From IMG/VR virus record IMGVR_UViG_3300021963_000077, positions 25,511 to 89,510 of that record: DNA of 64,000 nt. One strand, given 5' to 3'. Under the pieces are notes generated by a model. It was not told the origin of the DNA and made no database searches. It was given only the letters and a program-made list of their open reading frames with translations. Position 1 is the stretch's first letter. The number at the start of each line of letters is the position of its first letter. Source of the DNA: a virus. Positions 26,077 through 34,921 of the stretch are shown here, piece by piece. Made by a program: the position numbers and the translations under genes.

Positions 26077-27150
26077 CTAACCCGAATACCGTAGCTTTGG
26101 TGGCTTCTTGATCCGAGGTCTAGCTTTTTCAGCATTCCTCAATGCTTCGAGCATTTTGGCTCTGTTGATCTTGACATCCACGATTCGCATACCAAATTTT
26201 TCAGCTGCTTCCGCCTCGGAGTGATTGCTGAGGTAGAGCAAGAAGCTTTTCGCATTGGGTGTCAATACTTGTGGATGATTATTAATTAAATTAATGATTT
26301 CTGTATTAACGCCTTCTAGTTTCTGATCTGCTTCAGTATCAATGATGCGATTGTCTGGAGTGTTGAGATTAAATTCTTCGTTATATCGTTTAATAAATTT
26401 ACCGACTAACGCTTGGCTAACTTTTAAAGCCTCAGCAATTTTTTCGTATGATATTCCGTACTGTGAAAAAGTGTACATTAATTGACCTTTTTCCAGAGAC
26501 GATAAATCACTTAACCCAATGTCAAAATCCCTTACAGATCTGTCCACGGTTGATTTGTCTACACCGAATGCCTTGGAAACTTCATCTTTGCTAAATCCAT
26601 ATTTTCTAGCAACTGAAATAATTTTACGCTTTTGCTTAAAAACGCTTCTAGCAGAAATGTTATTTTTTTTCAAAACGACAGAAACATAGTCGCTTGTCAC
26701 TCCAACATCCTGCGCAATTTGATTTGGCCCAATGCCGAGTCTTGCCTGTCTTACGATTTCTTTGATGCGCCCGCTGCGATCCACATTTGAAGTGCTTACA
26801 TTTCCTAGCTTTTGTTTATTACGTGAGGCGCGCCTAACGGTCGCAATGCTTACTCCATATTTCTTAGCTAGGGCTTTTGCTATCTCGGCTCGCTCTTTTG
26901 GAGTTTTGCCTTTGGCTATTTCTTCGGCCATTTCGTTGCTTCTACGCTCAAATTCAGCTACAGAAGATGCTTGGTTTACAGTTCTTCCCACTCCTGTAGT
27001 CATGCTTCCGGAGACCGCGCGACGAACTGAGGGTCGTTCAAACTGTGTTGCGTCTTGAATTAGGCCGTCGCCGTCACCATCAAATGCGTTTGAATCAAAC
27101 CTATCGGTAAGGCGCCCTAGGCGGCGTGCGTCGCCTGTGCGCCTCAGGCT
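26077..27150 (-). CDS. Multi-HTH protein; -1 frame extension carrying a DGD cassette (likely expressed as a frameshift fusion with 27144..27503)
   Basis: Five HTH-like repeats (e.g. LAKKYGVSIATVRR, IAQDVGVTSDYV). The frame is open for 49 codons upstream of ATG 27003, back to the slippery site, with no ATG/GTG/TTG in that stretch. Confidence 0.7.
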   Translation of the reverse strand, partial: SLRRTGDARRLGRLTDRFDSNAFDGDGDGLIQDATQFERPSVRRAVSGSMTTGVGRTVNQASSVAEFERRSNEMAEEIAKGKTPKERAEIAKALAKKYGVSIATVRRASRNKQKLGNVSTSNVDRSGRIKEIVRQARLGIGPNQIAQDVGVTSDYVSVVLKKNNISARSVFKQKRKIISVARKYGFSKDEVSKAFGVDKSTVDRSVRDFDIGLSDLSSLEKGQLMYTFSQYGISYEKIAEALKVSQALVGKFIKRYNEEFNLNTPDNRIIDTEADQKLEGVNTEIINLINNHPQVLTPNAKSFLLYLSNHSEAEAAEKFGMRIVDVKINRAKMLEALRNAEKARPRIKKPPKLRYSG

Positions 27151-27156
27151 TTTAAA
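27110..27156 (-). other. Programmed -1 ribosomal frameshift signal (T TTA AAA plus GC-rich stem-loop)
   Basis: Heptamer 27156-27150 is in frame; 5-nt spacer; AGGCGC (27144-27139) pairs with GCGCCT (27115-27110), with an inner GGCG/CGCC stem. Confidence 0.7.
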
Positions 27157-27503
27157 TCAAGACCGCTAGCAACAGACTTGACTACAGCACTAATTGCATC
27201 TATTGCGTCTTCGTCCAGGTAATCCATATCCTCGATAACTAAAGACTTTGTTTCCTGCTGTATGGAAACACCGTAGTAATCAAGCACGGGCTCAAGAAAA
27301 GATTTAGCCCCCATCAGGGCCTCGTCGTCGCCAGTAATCACAAGGTTTACCTTGTTCTTGCCGCCATCAGATGAATCTATGACTTCCGCCAAAAGCTCTA
27401 AGGCTTGTCTTAATTTGCCCATATTCCTGTTGCTAATAACGCGACCACTCTTTACGTCAATGTCGTTTCCATATGGTGTTGAAAGAAAAATTTTAGTTTC
27501 CAT
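27144..27503 (-). CDS. Head-module protein with KSGRVISxxN motif
   Basis: Start ATG 27503 (TAATG overlap with protease stop). VKSGRVISNRNMGKLRQAL resembles the KAGRVLS motif seen in C-terminal extensions of HK97-type proteases. Confidence 0.65.
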   Translation of the reverse strand: METKIFLSTPYGNDIDVKSGRVISNRNMGKLRQALELLAEVIDSSDGGKNKVNLVITGDDEALMGAKSFLEPVLDYYGVSIQQETKSLVIEDMDYLDEDAIDAISAVVKSVASGLDLKA

Positions 27504-30460
27504 TATCGCCTGTTCCCATAATCTCGCCATAACTGTTGAAGTCTGTTTAAATCAGCTGTTGATATTTGACCATTGTCAAAGCGCTCTAAAATTCTCTGAA
27601 CTATTTGAAATCCGCGATTTTTCCTAGCCCAATCAATTGATTGATTCTGCTGTCTTGTGAGAACCCTTTTGCCTATTTTTCCACTTTGCAGTTGCTTAAG
27701 CATGTCGTCTAGCCCTTGGCCAGATCTGGCCCCAAACTGTTTTGCGGTGTCATAGTCGAGTTCATACTGCTCAACACTGCCATCACCCATATTGAATATG
27801 ACGCGGTTTGTCTGTGGGTCATATGCGGCATCCGATACTCGCCTGCTACCTCGAGTATCAAACTTCATTAAATAACTAGGAATTGCTGGCCTGTCTGGAT
27901 TATCTTGACCCGATCCAGTCATTGACCCAGACACGGAGCGCTTGTTCTTGCGACTACGAAGAACGTCTAGGAAATCTTCCACGGCATTGGCTGGGCGAGG
28001 CTCCAAAACTGAGTTTGCGTGGATCCTCTCAGCTTCGCTTTCGCTAACTTTATGTTCTTCCGTCCTACCATTAATCAATGTAAAACGAGCAGTACCAGAC
28101 TCTTTGTCGTAGGTAGCGTCTTTTAGGATTCTTGAACCACGCGTGTCAAATGATGGAGTTTTGTTATCTTTGCTCCATCCAAACTTTTCTAGGTGTTTTC
28201 TAGCCTCTTCGCTAAACCCTGAATATTGCGGCTTGGGGCGATTTGAAATAGATCCAGATACGCGAGGAGTTTTATCTTTTGGGTTATCACCCTCAGTACG
28301 ACGTTTCATAGAGGCAATTCGCATTTCAATTTGCCTAACTTGAGCACGTGTCATATTCATGCGTTGCGATACGTCATCGAGCGACATACCGTCCTCTGTG
28401 CGCATTTTCCAAATTTGATCACGAATTTTCTTGGCTTGGCGCATTTCAGATTGTCTCACCTCTTCACGCGTGATGCCAAAATTCTTCGCAACTTCATCCA
28501 GCGACATGCCGCCTTCTGTGCGCATTTTCCAAATCTTCTCTGGTGTCGGCTTGCCCTTTGCCATTGAACCAGATATCCGCGACCCAACTGGTACTGGTCT
28601 TTCTGGCCGTGGCCCAGGCGTTGGCGTTGGTGCAGGGCTAGGAACCGATGGTCTGACTGGTGGGCGAATTGGCTCTCTTGCTGGCTCCGGAACCTTTCGC
28701 GGTGGATTCATTGGGGGCATCATGCGAGGCGCATTTGGGCGCTCAAATGATGTGCTGTCTTGCACTAAACCGTCTTCGTCCCCATCAATTGCATTAGGAT
28801 CAAAACGATCTGTTGCCATTCTCCCCATACGTCTGAGTTTGCGACCAACAGCCTTCTCTTCTAAGAAGTTAATTGCCGTCAGTAGCGCCTCGTAGCCCTC
28901 TTCTGACATGGAGTCACTGTTTGGAACAACAAGACCATCTTCAAGACTCTTGACATCAAATCCATGATATTTAGCTACAGCACTAGCTACCTCTAGCAAT
29001 TCATCAATTTCGCTTTCGGATTGGATAAATAGATGAATTCCAGGGTTTTCACTCTTGAAAGCATCCCATGACGGCATGTCATCAATGACATATGATTTCC
29101 CACCACCACATCCACAACCACAATCATCCTTAGCCGGCTTCATGGCCACTCCGCCAAATGCCGCTCCAAAGTCATCATTGTCGTCGCCTACATATGCATT
29201 TCCTGGAGCGCTTTGTGGCTTGCCAACAGGCATGTAAATTGTCTCTGGCTTCACCGTTTCAGCATTTCCAAACATGAATTCGCCATCTTCGTAGTGATAG
29301 CCGACTCGGATTGTCTGCATATCTCCGAAGTCGTTCATGAGGTCAAAAATAACCATGTTTTTATCTGCTGTACGGATTTTTACTTTGCCGCCAAACCGTT
29401 GAGAAATAGCCTTGGCAAGGTCGTTAACACGCCCAAATGCTGGATTCATCTCCTCGTCGCCAGTATAGATACGGGATGTGTCGTAGCTAGGGTGGCCTTT
29501 TTTCTTCACATTCTGGTATCTCTCAAGGAGTCGCCGGCCTTTAGCTGCAAGCTCTGCTGCATCGGATGCATTTTTAGGAACTGGTTCACCCCATGCAGCG
29601 GCAGCTAGCGCTAGACGAGTCGGCTTGCCATTTTTGCCGACAAGTGGGCCAGATGGGTTTGTATAGAATCGCGTCAAGAACGAGCCTTTACGACGCATTT
29701 TCTCTGGTGTGTCAGCTGGGCCCTTGACGCCTGGCTTTAGATTTGCGCCTTCCTTCTGCTTAAAGTACTTGCGCCCTGCTGGCGTCAGGCCACCCTTTGG
29801 ATCCCTCAAATTTGCTGATTTGCCTTCAGGCTCAGAAGGCACGCAATTTGGCACCATTTTGCCGTTTTTGCCCTTCTTCATTCCTACCTGCTGGTAACCG
29901 GGCCAGCAAGGACTACCTGCCTTGCTTTCCGGATCGTCGGATTTGATTGAAATTGTGCCAGTCAGCTGATTGGCTCCGTGGAGAACTGGGGAAACCTCAT
30001 AGAGTTCAACCTCTTTAAGGAGATTTGCTTGCTGAACTGGGTCAAATACTGCGTCAAGGGTCTTGTAACCAATTGACCACTCTTGCTCTTCGCCAAAGAA
30101 GGCAACATTATTGAAAGCCTCACGACCACGCTCAGAACGCAAATTAAATTGCACTCTTGCATAAAGTCCACCAATTCCGGCTTTTTTCATCTTTAGCGGT
30201 AGGCGTGGATCATTCGGTGGCACCTCATATATTTCCAGAACCTTACCGATTGGCTCATTCCAGTTATGACCCCAAACAACTCTCGGCTTACGTCTTTTAA
30301 GACTTGCTCCAAAACAGTTCGGGAGGCAAATATCGCCAACAGAATCTTTATTGCCGATGCCAGCAACGAAGCATTCAACGATGCCCTGCGCTTCGTCAAC
30401 CCCGATTTGAGCTGGAATTGACTTGTATTCTGTTGCAAATAGCGATGATTGGTCAGACAT
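27503..30460 (-). CDS. HK97-family prohead protease fused to CWPGY module, GGLT..GR module (DUF6321-like), DGD cassette, 2x sigma70-region-4-like HTH and 2x KTSC-like domains
   Basis: GNKDSVGD, VVWGHNWNEPIGKV, WSIGY, LKEVELYEVSPVLHGAN (His/Ser protease motifs) in the first ~175 aa. Confidence 0.9.
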   Translation of the reverse strand: MSDQSSLFATEYKSIPAQIGVDEAQGIVECFVAGIGNKDSVGDICLPNCFGASLKRRKPRVVWGHNWNEPIGKVLEIYEVPPNDPRLPLKMKKAGIGGLYARVQFNLRSERGREAFNNVAFFGEEQEWSIGYKTLDAVFDPVQQANLLKEVELYEVSPVLHGANQLTGTISIKSDDPESKAGSPCWPGYQQVGMKKGKNGKMVPNCVPSEPEGKSANLRDPKGGLTPAGRKYFKQKEGANLKPGVKGPADTPEKMRRKGSFLTRFYTNPSGPLVGKNGKPTRLALAAAAWGEPVPKNASDAAELAAKGRRLLERYQNVKKKGHPSYDTSRIYTGDEEMNPAFGRVNDLAKAISQRFGGKVKIRTADKNMVIFDLMNDFGDMQTIRVGYHYEDGEFMFGNAETVKPETIYMPVGKPQSAPGNAYVGDDNDDFGAAFGGVAMKPAKDDCGCGCGGGKSYVIDDMPSWDAFKSENPGIHLFIQSESEIDELLEVASAVAKYHGFDVKSLEDGLVVPNSDSMSEEGYEALLTAINFLEEKAVGRKLRRMGRMATDRFDPNAIDGDEDGLVQDSTSFERPNAPRMMPPMNPPRKVPEPAREPIRPPVRPSVPSPAPTPTPGPRPERPVPVGSRISGSMAKGKPTPEKIWKMRTEGGMSLDEVAKNFGITREEVRQSEMRQAKKIRDQIWKMRTEDGMSLDDVSQRMNMTRAQVRQIEMRIASMKRRTEGDNPKDKTPRVSGSISNRPKPQYSGFSEEARKHLEKFGWSKDNKTPSFDTRGSRILKDATYDKESGTARFTLINGRTEEHKVSESEAERIHANSVLEPRPANAVEDFLDVLRSRKNKRSVSGSMTGSGQDNPDRPAIPSYLMKFDTRGSRRVSDAAYDPQTNRVIFNMGDGSVEQYELDYDTAKQFGARSGQGLDDMLKQLQSGKIGKRVLTRQQNQSIDWARKNRGFQIVQRILERFDNGQISTADLNRLQQLWRDYGNRR
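28381..28534. repeat. 120-bp-period tandem duplication encoding two sigma-R4-like HTH units
   Basis: gcgacataccgtcctctgtgcgcattttccaaat at 28381 and gcgacatgccgccttctgtgcgcattttccaaat at 28501. Confidence 0.8.
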
Positions 30461-30553
30461 TTTTCCTCCGAGTCATAGTAAATAATAACTAAGCAAACAC
30501 TGGCCTAGCGGAAGTTTATGATGAGTTTTATTAAAGTCTACTGATGACTTTTA

Positions 30554-32794
30554 TTAATCTCTGTCAAAACGCAACTTACATCTGCAATTGATTGTCAAAT
30601 GTGGCGGTGCAATGGGGTCTCCTGGGAAGCGGAGCGTATTGTTCCCCACCTCAAATTCTTCAAGCAAATCAATCGTCTTGCCTTGGAGTATTAGATGTTC
30701 TGGTCGTACACGCGTATCTTTGCGTGTAACCCAAGTCTTTGTCATTCCGCCAACTTGCTTTCCAGCAAAGTATGTTCCTGCGTTAAAAGCTGTTTGAGAC
30801 TCGTGTTCAGCAATGACCCTACGGCGCTTCATAAGAAGATTAATAAATATTGCTGCAAGAGCTGCTTTGAGCATGCCCGAGCGATCCTCATCTTCCGAAA
30901 GCGCCAGCGCTATGAGAACTGCAGCTGCGATTTCTTCTTTTGTCGTCGCATTTATTTTCTGCATTCGCTTTATTTGTTCATCAAGGTATTCATTTACTTC
31001 TTCATCATCAAGCTCAGCAGGCATGTTGGCCTTTTGCGAAGCCAAAGATGCTGCATCAGAAATTATTCCTTGAATGACAGGGCGCATGTCGTCTGATAGT
31101 TGCTTGTCCCATACTTCCGAGTCAAAGATTGCATCTATGTCCAGAGATCCAGACTGCAGGCCTTTCTTAGCCTTTGCCCCACTTGATTTTTCTAAAACGA
31201 CACGCTGTTGACGCTCAATAAATCGCTCAAGGCTACGATCAAGAATTTCTGCCCATCTATTCGAGCTTTCGTCAGCCTTAACTTCCCACTCGTCGTCCAT
31301 TTTATTTTCAGACTTGAATTGCATACCACCGTCGTATGCCGACAACAGTCCCTCTGGAGATGGTGGCATTGCTGTTTCAACTGGTGGCGCACCAGCTTCT
31401 GCTGCAAGGGCTGCAGTCATGCCCTCTTGTGGCATAGGTGGCATACCTGCTTGGCCAGCTAATGGCTGCTGAGGTGTAACCATTTGCTCGGTTCCAGGAA
31501 TCATTCCTGGTATTGCACCAGGGGCACCCATCATGTCAATTTGCTGTTGCTGCGTTGAGTCAAATGGCTTATTCGTGTAACCAATTGGCGTCAGGTTTGG
31601 ATTGGCAAGCATTGCATCCATTAAGTCGGACTCAACTGCTTTCTTACCAGTTCCTTTGCGATATTCGTTGCCACTTATGAGGCCATTTTGGAACTCATCA
31701 AGCAAGTAACGCTCTCTTTCCTGCTTATATAGAATCAGTACAGGAACGTCTGATGTATCAAAGTCAATGTAGTATTGCTCATCAAGCTCGTCCAGTCCGC
31801 GCGCCAAAGAGTCAAGATGTGGAAGCATTGTTTCGTTCCAGAAAACGCGTAATTCTTCATTTGCGTTATTAAATGTGCGGCCAGCTGCGTTGCCTATGAC
31901 TGACTCAGGAACGCCAAATGCTGCAAGGATTTCTTCTTTTGTTATTTGGCGCATCTGTATGTAGTTAGCGTCACGCGGCGATGAGCCAGTGTCTACGAAG
32001 TCAACACCCTCATCTGAGGAAAGTACAGTTACAGCTCCAGCCCTATTGAGGTTGCCACGGAATCTGTTTCTAATTTCGTCTTTATCGTCATCATCAACTT
32101 CGCCACGTAGAACTATTAATCCACCTGGACGACCGTCATTAAGCAAAAAGTTTCTGTTATATACCTTCGCCAAGTTTTCAATTTCAATTGCTATGCCAGC
32201 AGCTTCCATTGGCGTAAGTGATAGATATGGGTCTAGTGGGTGTGGACGCCTAACCCAAATGACATCCTGAGGCTTCAGTAAGACTTTTGTGCCGTTGCGC
32301 ATGTCAACTTCAAAGCCAGATACAAATGTTCTAGGATCTGGTATTGGCGCCGTGTGTTGTGGCGGTAGCAACTGAAGAGCAATTACTTTTCCATTACGCC
32401 CGCGTACCTTTTCAATGAAAGCACCACGGCTCGACATCAAAAGTTGTGATGAAAGCCTGTATCTGAATATGAACGAGTTTTCGCCCATGTTCGCTTTCGT
32501 ATTAAGTATTCTGAGCAGGTCGTTATCGCTACTGCGTAAAATCTGACCGTCTGGCGAATTGTTCTTGCGCAACATGGCTGGCAGCCGTGCTTGGTTGCCG
32601 GCGATAGCGTCAATGCAGCGATTAACCCATGTTACTTTTTGAAAGCCTTCGCGGTATGCGCGCTCAATGTCCCACGAGTCCTTGTACGGCTTTCCAGCAA
32701 GACCAGGATTGAAGGCAATTGGTGCACCAGGGGTCAGGATTGACTTGGCCTCTGGTGAATACAAAGACTTATTATCAGATGAGTTCCAAGGCAT
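30554..32794 (-). CDS. Portal protein (HK97 family) fused to C-terminal MuF head-morphogenesis domain
   Basis: Portal: WVNRCIDAIA, SLTPMEAA, NDGRPGG, EEILAAFGVP, NEYR. MuF: KTWVTRKDTRVRPEH...LRFPGDP...INCRC. Confidence 0.92.
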   Translation of the reverse strand: MPWNSSDNKSLYSPEAKSILTPGAPIAFNPGLAGKPYKDSWDIERAYREGFQKVTWVNRCIDAIAGNQARLPAMLRKNNSPDGQILRSSDNDLLRILNTKANMGENSFIFRYRLSSQLLMSSRGAFIEKVRGRNGKVIALQLLPPQHTAPIPDPRTFVSGFEVDMRNGTKVLLKPQDVIWVRRPHPLDPYLSLTPMEAAGIAIEIENLAKVYNRNFLLNDGRPGGLIVLRGEVDDDDKDEIRNRFRGNLNRAGAVTVLSSDEGVDFVDTGSSPRDANYIQMRQITKEEILAAFGVPESVIGNAAGRTFNNANEELRVFWNETMLPHLDSLARGLDELDEQYYIDFDTSDVPVLILYKQERERYLLDEFQNGLISGNEYRKGTGKKAVESDLMDAMLANPNLTPIGYTNKPFDSTQQQQIDMMGAPGAIPGMIPGTEQMVTPQQPLAGQAGMPPMPQEGMTAALAAEAGAPPVETAMPPSPEGLLSAYDGGMQFKSENKMDDEWEVKADESSNRWAEILDRSLERFIERQQRVVLEKSSGAKAKKGLQSGSLDIDAIFDSEVWDKQLSDDMRPVIQGIISDAASLASQKANMPAELDDEEVNEYLDEQIKRMQKINATTKEEIAAAVLIALALSEDEDRSGMLKAALAAIFINLLMKRRRVIAEHESQTAFNAGTYFAGKQVGGMTKTWVTRKDTRVRPEHLILQGKTIDLLEEFEVGNNTLRFPGDPIAPPHLTINCRCKLRFDRD

Positions 32795-32806
32795 CTTTAC
32801 TCATTT

Positions 32807-33013
32807 TTACTCTAGTCCCAGAAGGAAGCCGAAAAGACCGCATGTAACGCCGGCGATGAGAAAACCCACCGCTGGAGCTATCATAAAACCGCCAATTGAT
32901 GTCATAATTATAAATGAAAGCATCATTGTATTGGCGGTTGAGCGCCTATTAATGCGCCCACGAACAATTGCCAATGGCGATCTGCGTTTTTGTTTGTCAT
33001 CGTTTGTAGCCAT
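32807..33013 (-). CDS. Small membrane protein preceding portal
   Basis: Two hydrophobic segments. Confidence 0.7.
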   Translation of the reverse strand: MATNDDKQKRRSPLAIVRGRINRRSTANTMMLSFIIMTSIGGFMIAPAVGFLIAGVTCGLFGFLLGLE

Positions 33014-33079
33014 ATTTTCCTATACAACCATAGCCGATAAAGGCATACTAGTGTATGAGCACTCGAAGTGAGCAGGTTT

Positions 33080-34384
33080 ATGACTGATTGGAACAAAGTT
33101 CTTGAATACTTACAGCCAAAGGTTCCTCCATACTGCCCTGAGGAACCTTCTATTACCCAAAAAGTATTTCTGAGGACATACGGACTAGAAGCTCTATTTG
33201 GCGGAGCTGCTGGTGGTGGTAAATCTTCTGCACTTCTAATGTCGGCGCTTCAGTATGTTGATATCCCTGGATACTCAGCAATTCTTTTCCGTAGAACCTA
33301 CGCAGACTTGTCCCTCCCCGGTGCCCTAATGGATCGTTTTAGGGAATGGATGAAGAATTATGACGAAGTTAGTTGGAACAATAATAGCTATACAGCTACA
33401 TTTCCTTCAGGTGCAAGAATTTCTTTTGGATATTTGAATAATACAAACGACTATTTGCGCTACAAGGGTTCCGAGTTCCAGTTCATAGGAATGGACGAAG
33501 TTACGGAAATCCGCGAACAGGACTATCGCTACCTTTTCTCCCGCTTGAGACGCCCCTCCAACGGAGAACTAGCAACCGTTCCGTTGAGAATGAGATGCGC
33601 CTCAAACCCTGCTCCGAACTGGGTTAGGCAGAGATTTATAGTTGAAGGACTTGAGTCTGGCCGAGTATTTGTTCCATCCCTACTAACCGACAACCCTGGA
33701 ATTGATGCCGACTCGTACCGTCTGGCACTGGCTGCCCTTGATCCAGTTGAGAGAAGAAGGCTCGAAGAAGGCGATTGGTGGAGCACAACTCTGGGAACGC
33801 TCTTTGACAGGACTTCTTTTGTGCTCATTGATCCTGTTGAGGTTCCTCAAGTTACTGGCTCCGCTAGAGCAGTTAGGTTTTGGGACTTGGCGGCGACTGA
33901 GCCATCATCAACAAACCCAGATCCAGACTGGACGGTTGGCACATTGATGCTTTTTGACCAAGGCATTGCTTATGTTCTTGATGTCAGAAAAGCCCGTGTC
34001 AAGGGAGACAAGGTAGAACACCTGATTGCGCAGACAGCCGCAGAGGATGGGCATGCCGTGGCGATAAGAATGGAGCAGGAGCCTGGTTCCTCAGGAAAGG
34101 CTTTAGTGGATCAATATGCTAGGTATATTCTTCCTGGCTATGATTTTAGTGGAATAAGGTCAACTGGAGATAAGTTGACCAGGGCACGCCCATTTGCCGC
34201 TGCCGTGGCCAACGGCAATGTTCGCGTAGTTAGAGGATCGTGGTTAAGCGATTGGCTAGACGAGTTCTCATCATTCCCGGAAGCATGTAATCACGACGAC
34301 CAAGTTGACTCTGCAGTAAGTGCATTTACACATTTAGCTGGATTGGGCTTGCCACAACGCAGACCACTTGCTATTTTAGTTTGA
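33080..34384 (+). CDS. terL: Terminase large subunit
   Basis: Walker A GGAAGGGKS, Walker B IGMDE, coupling motif ASNP, nuclease WDLA and HDDQVD. Start ATG 33080 or GTG 33068. Confidence 0.93.
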   Translation: MTDWNKVLEYLQPKVPPYCPEEPSITQKVFLRTYGLEALFGGAAGGGKSSALLMSALQYVDIPGYSAILFRRTYADLSLPGALMDRFREWMKNYDEVSWNNNSYTATFPSGARISFGYLNNTNDYLRYKGSEFQFIGMDEVTEIREQDYRYLFSRLRRPSNGELATVPLRMRCASNPAPNWVRQRFIVEGLESGRVFVPSLLTDNPGIDADSYRLALAALDPVERRRLEEGDWWSTTLGTLFDRTSFVLIDPVEVPQVTGSARAVRFWDLAATEPSSTNPDPDWTVGTLMLFDQGIAYVLDVRKARVKGDKVEHLIAQTAAEDGHAVAIRMEQEPGSSGKALVDQYARYILPGYDFSGIRSTGDKLTRARPFAAAVANGNVRVVRGSWLSDWLDEFSSFPEACNHDDQVDSAVSAFTHLAGLGLPQRRPLAILV

Positions 34385-34411
34385 CAAAACTAACTACTGC
34401 TAGGAGAACAA

Positions 34412-34921
34412 TTGAATAACAGTAACTGGCCCGATCTTGTTGACGCTTTGGCCAAGGCCATGGCTGACATTGATGCTGCTATTTATGAAATCAAAGGGTC
34501 AGATGACCCGGAGACTGCGTGCGCAAAACTTGTTGACATCCATCGCCTGAAAGGCGATATGGCAATGGTTTATGATTCCGCAACAAACGCCGTATCTGAA
34601 GTGATGCGCGAAATGAGTGAAGTTTCGCTTTCAAATGGTATGCGCATTGAGAAGAAGACTGCGTCCTCTCGTAAAACATGGAATCACAAAGATCTTGCGA
34701 ATGTCGTCGCAAAGCGCATCGTTGAATCATCCGTTGACCTTGGAACTGGAGAGGTTGTTCTGTCCACGGAGCAGATGATTGAGAACATGCTCGTTTATGT
34801 TCAGCCGTCATATTGGCGTGTCAAGGAACTCTCCGCTATCGGAATTAACGCAGATAGGTTCTGCGAAGTTGACGAACCAAAAACCAGCATCATTGTACGA
34901 AAGGGATCAAACAATGGCTAA
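34412..34921 (+). CDS. Hypothetical phage protein
   Basis: TTG start after AGGAG SD. Confidence 0.7.
   Translation: MNNSNWPDLVDALAKAMADIDAAIYEIKGSDDPETACAKLVDIHRLKGDMAMVYDSATNAVSEVMREMSEVSLSNGMRIEKKTASSRKTWNHKDLANVVAKRIVESSVDLGTGEVVLSTEQMIENMLVYVQPSYWRVKELSAIGINADRFCEVDEPKTSIIVRKGSNNG

Noticed and set aside
3614-28580. SG[SA]M motifs as internal translation starts
   Set aside because: There is no consistent Shine-Dalgarno at proper spacing, and two copies have L or I instead of M. It is not fully excluded for individual sites.
5759-28807. DGD cassette copies as DNA repeats, CRISPR or mobile element ends
   Set aside because: They are dispersed, in frame, and vary at synonymous positions; conservation is at the protein level.
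142-33071. Many plus-strand ORFs in the left half (and minus-strand ORFs in the right half)
   Set aside because: They are shadows antisense to well-supported genes, with no recognisable motifs.
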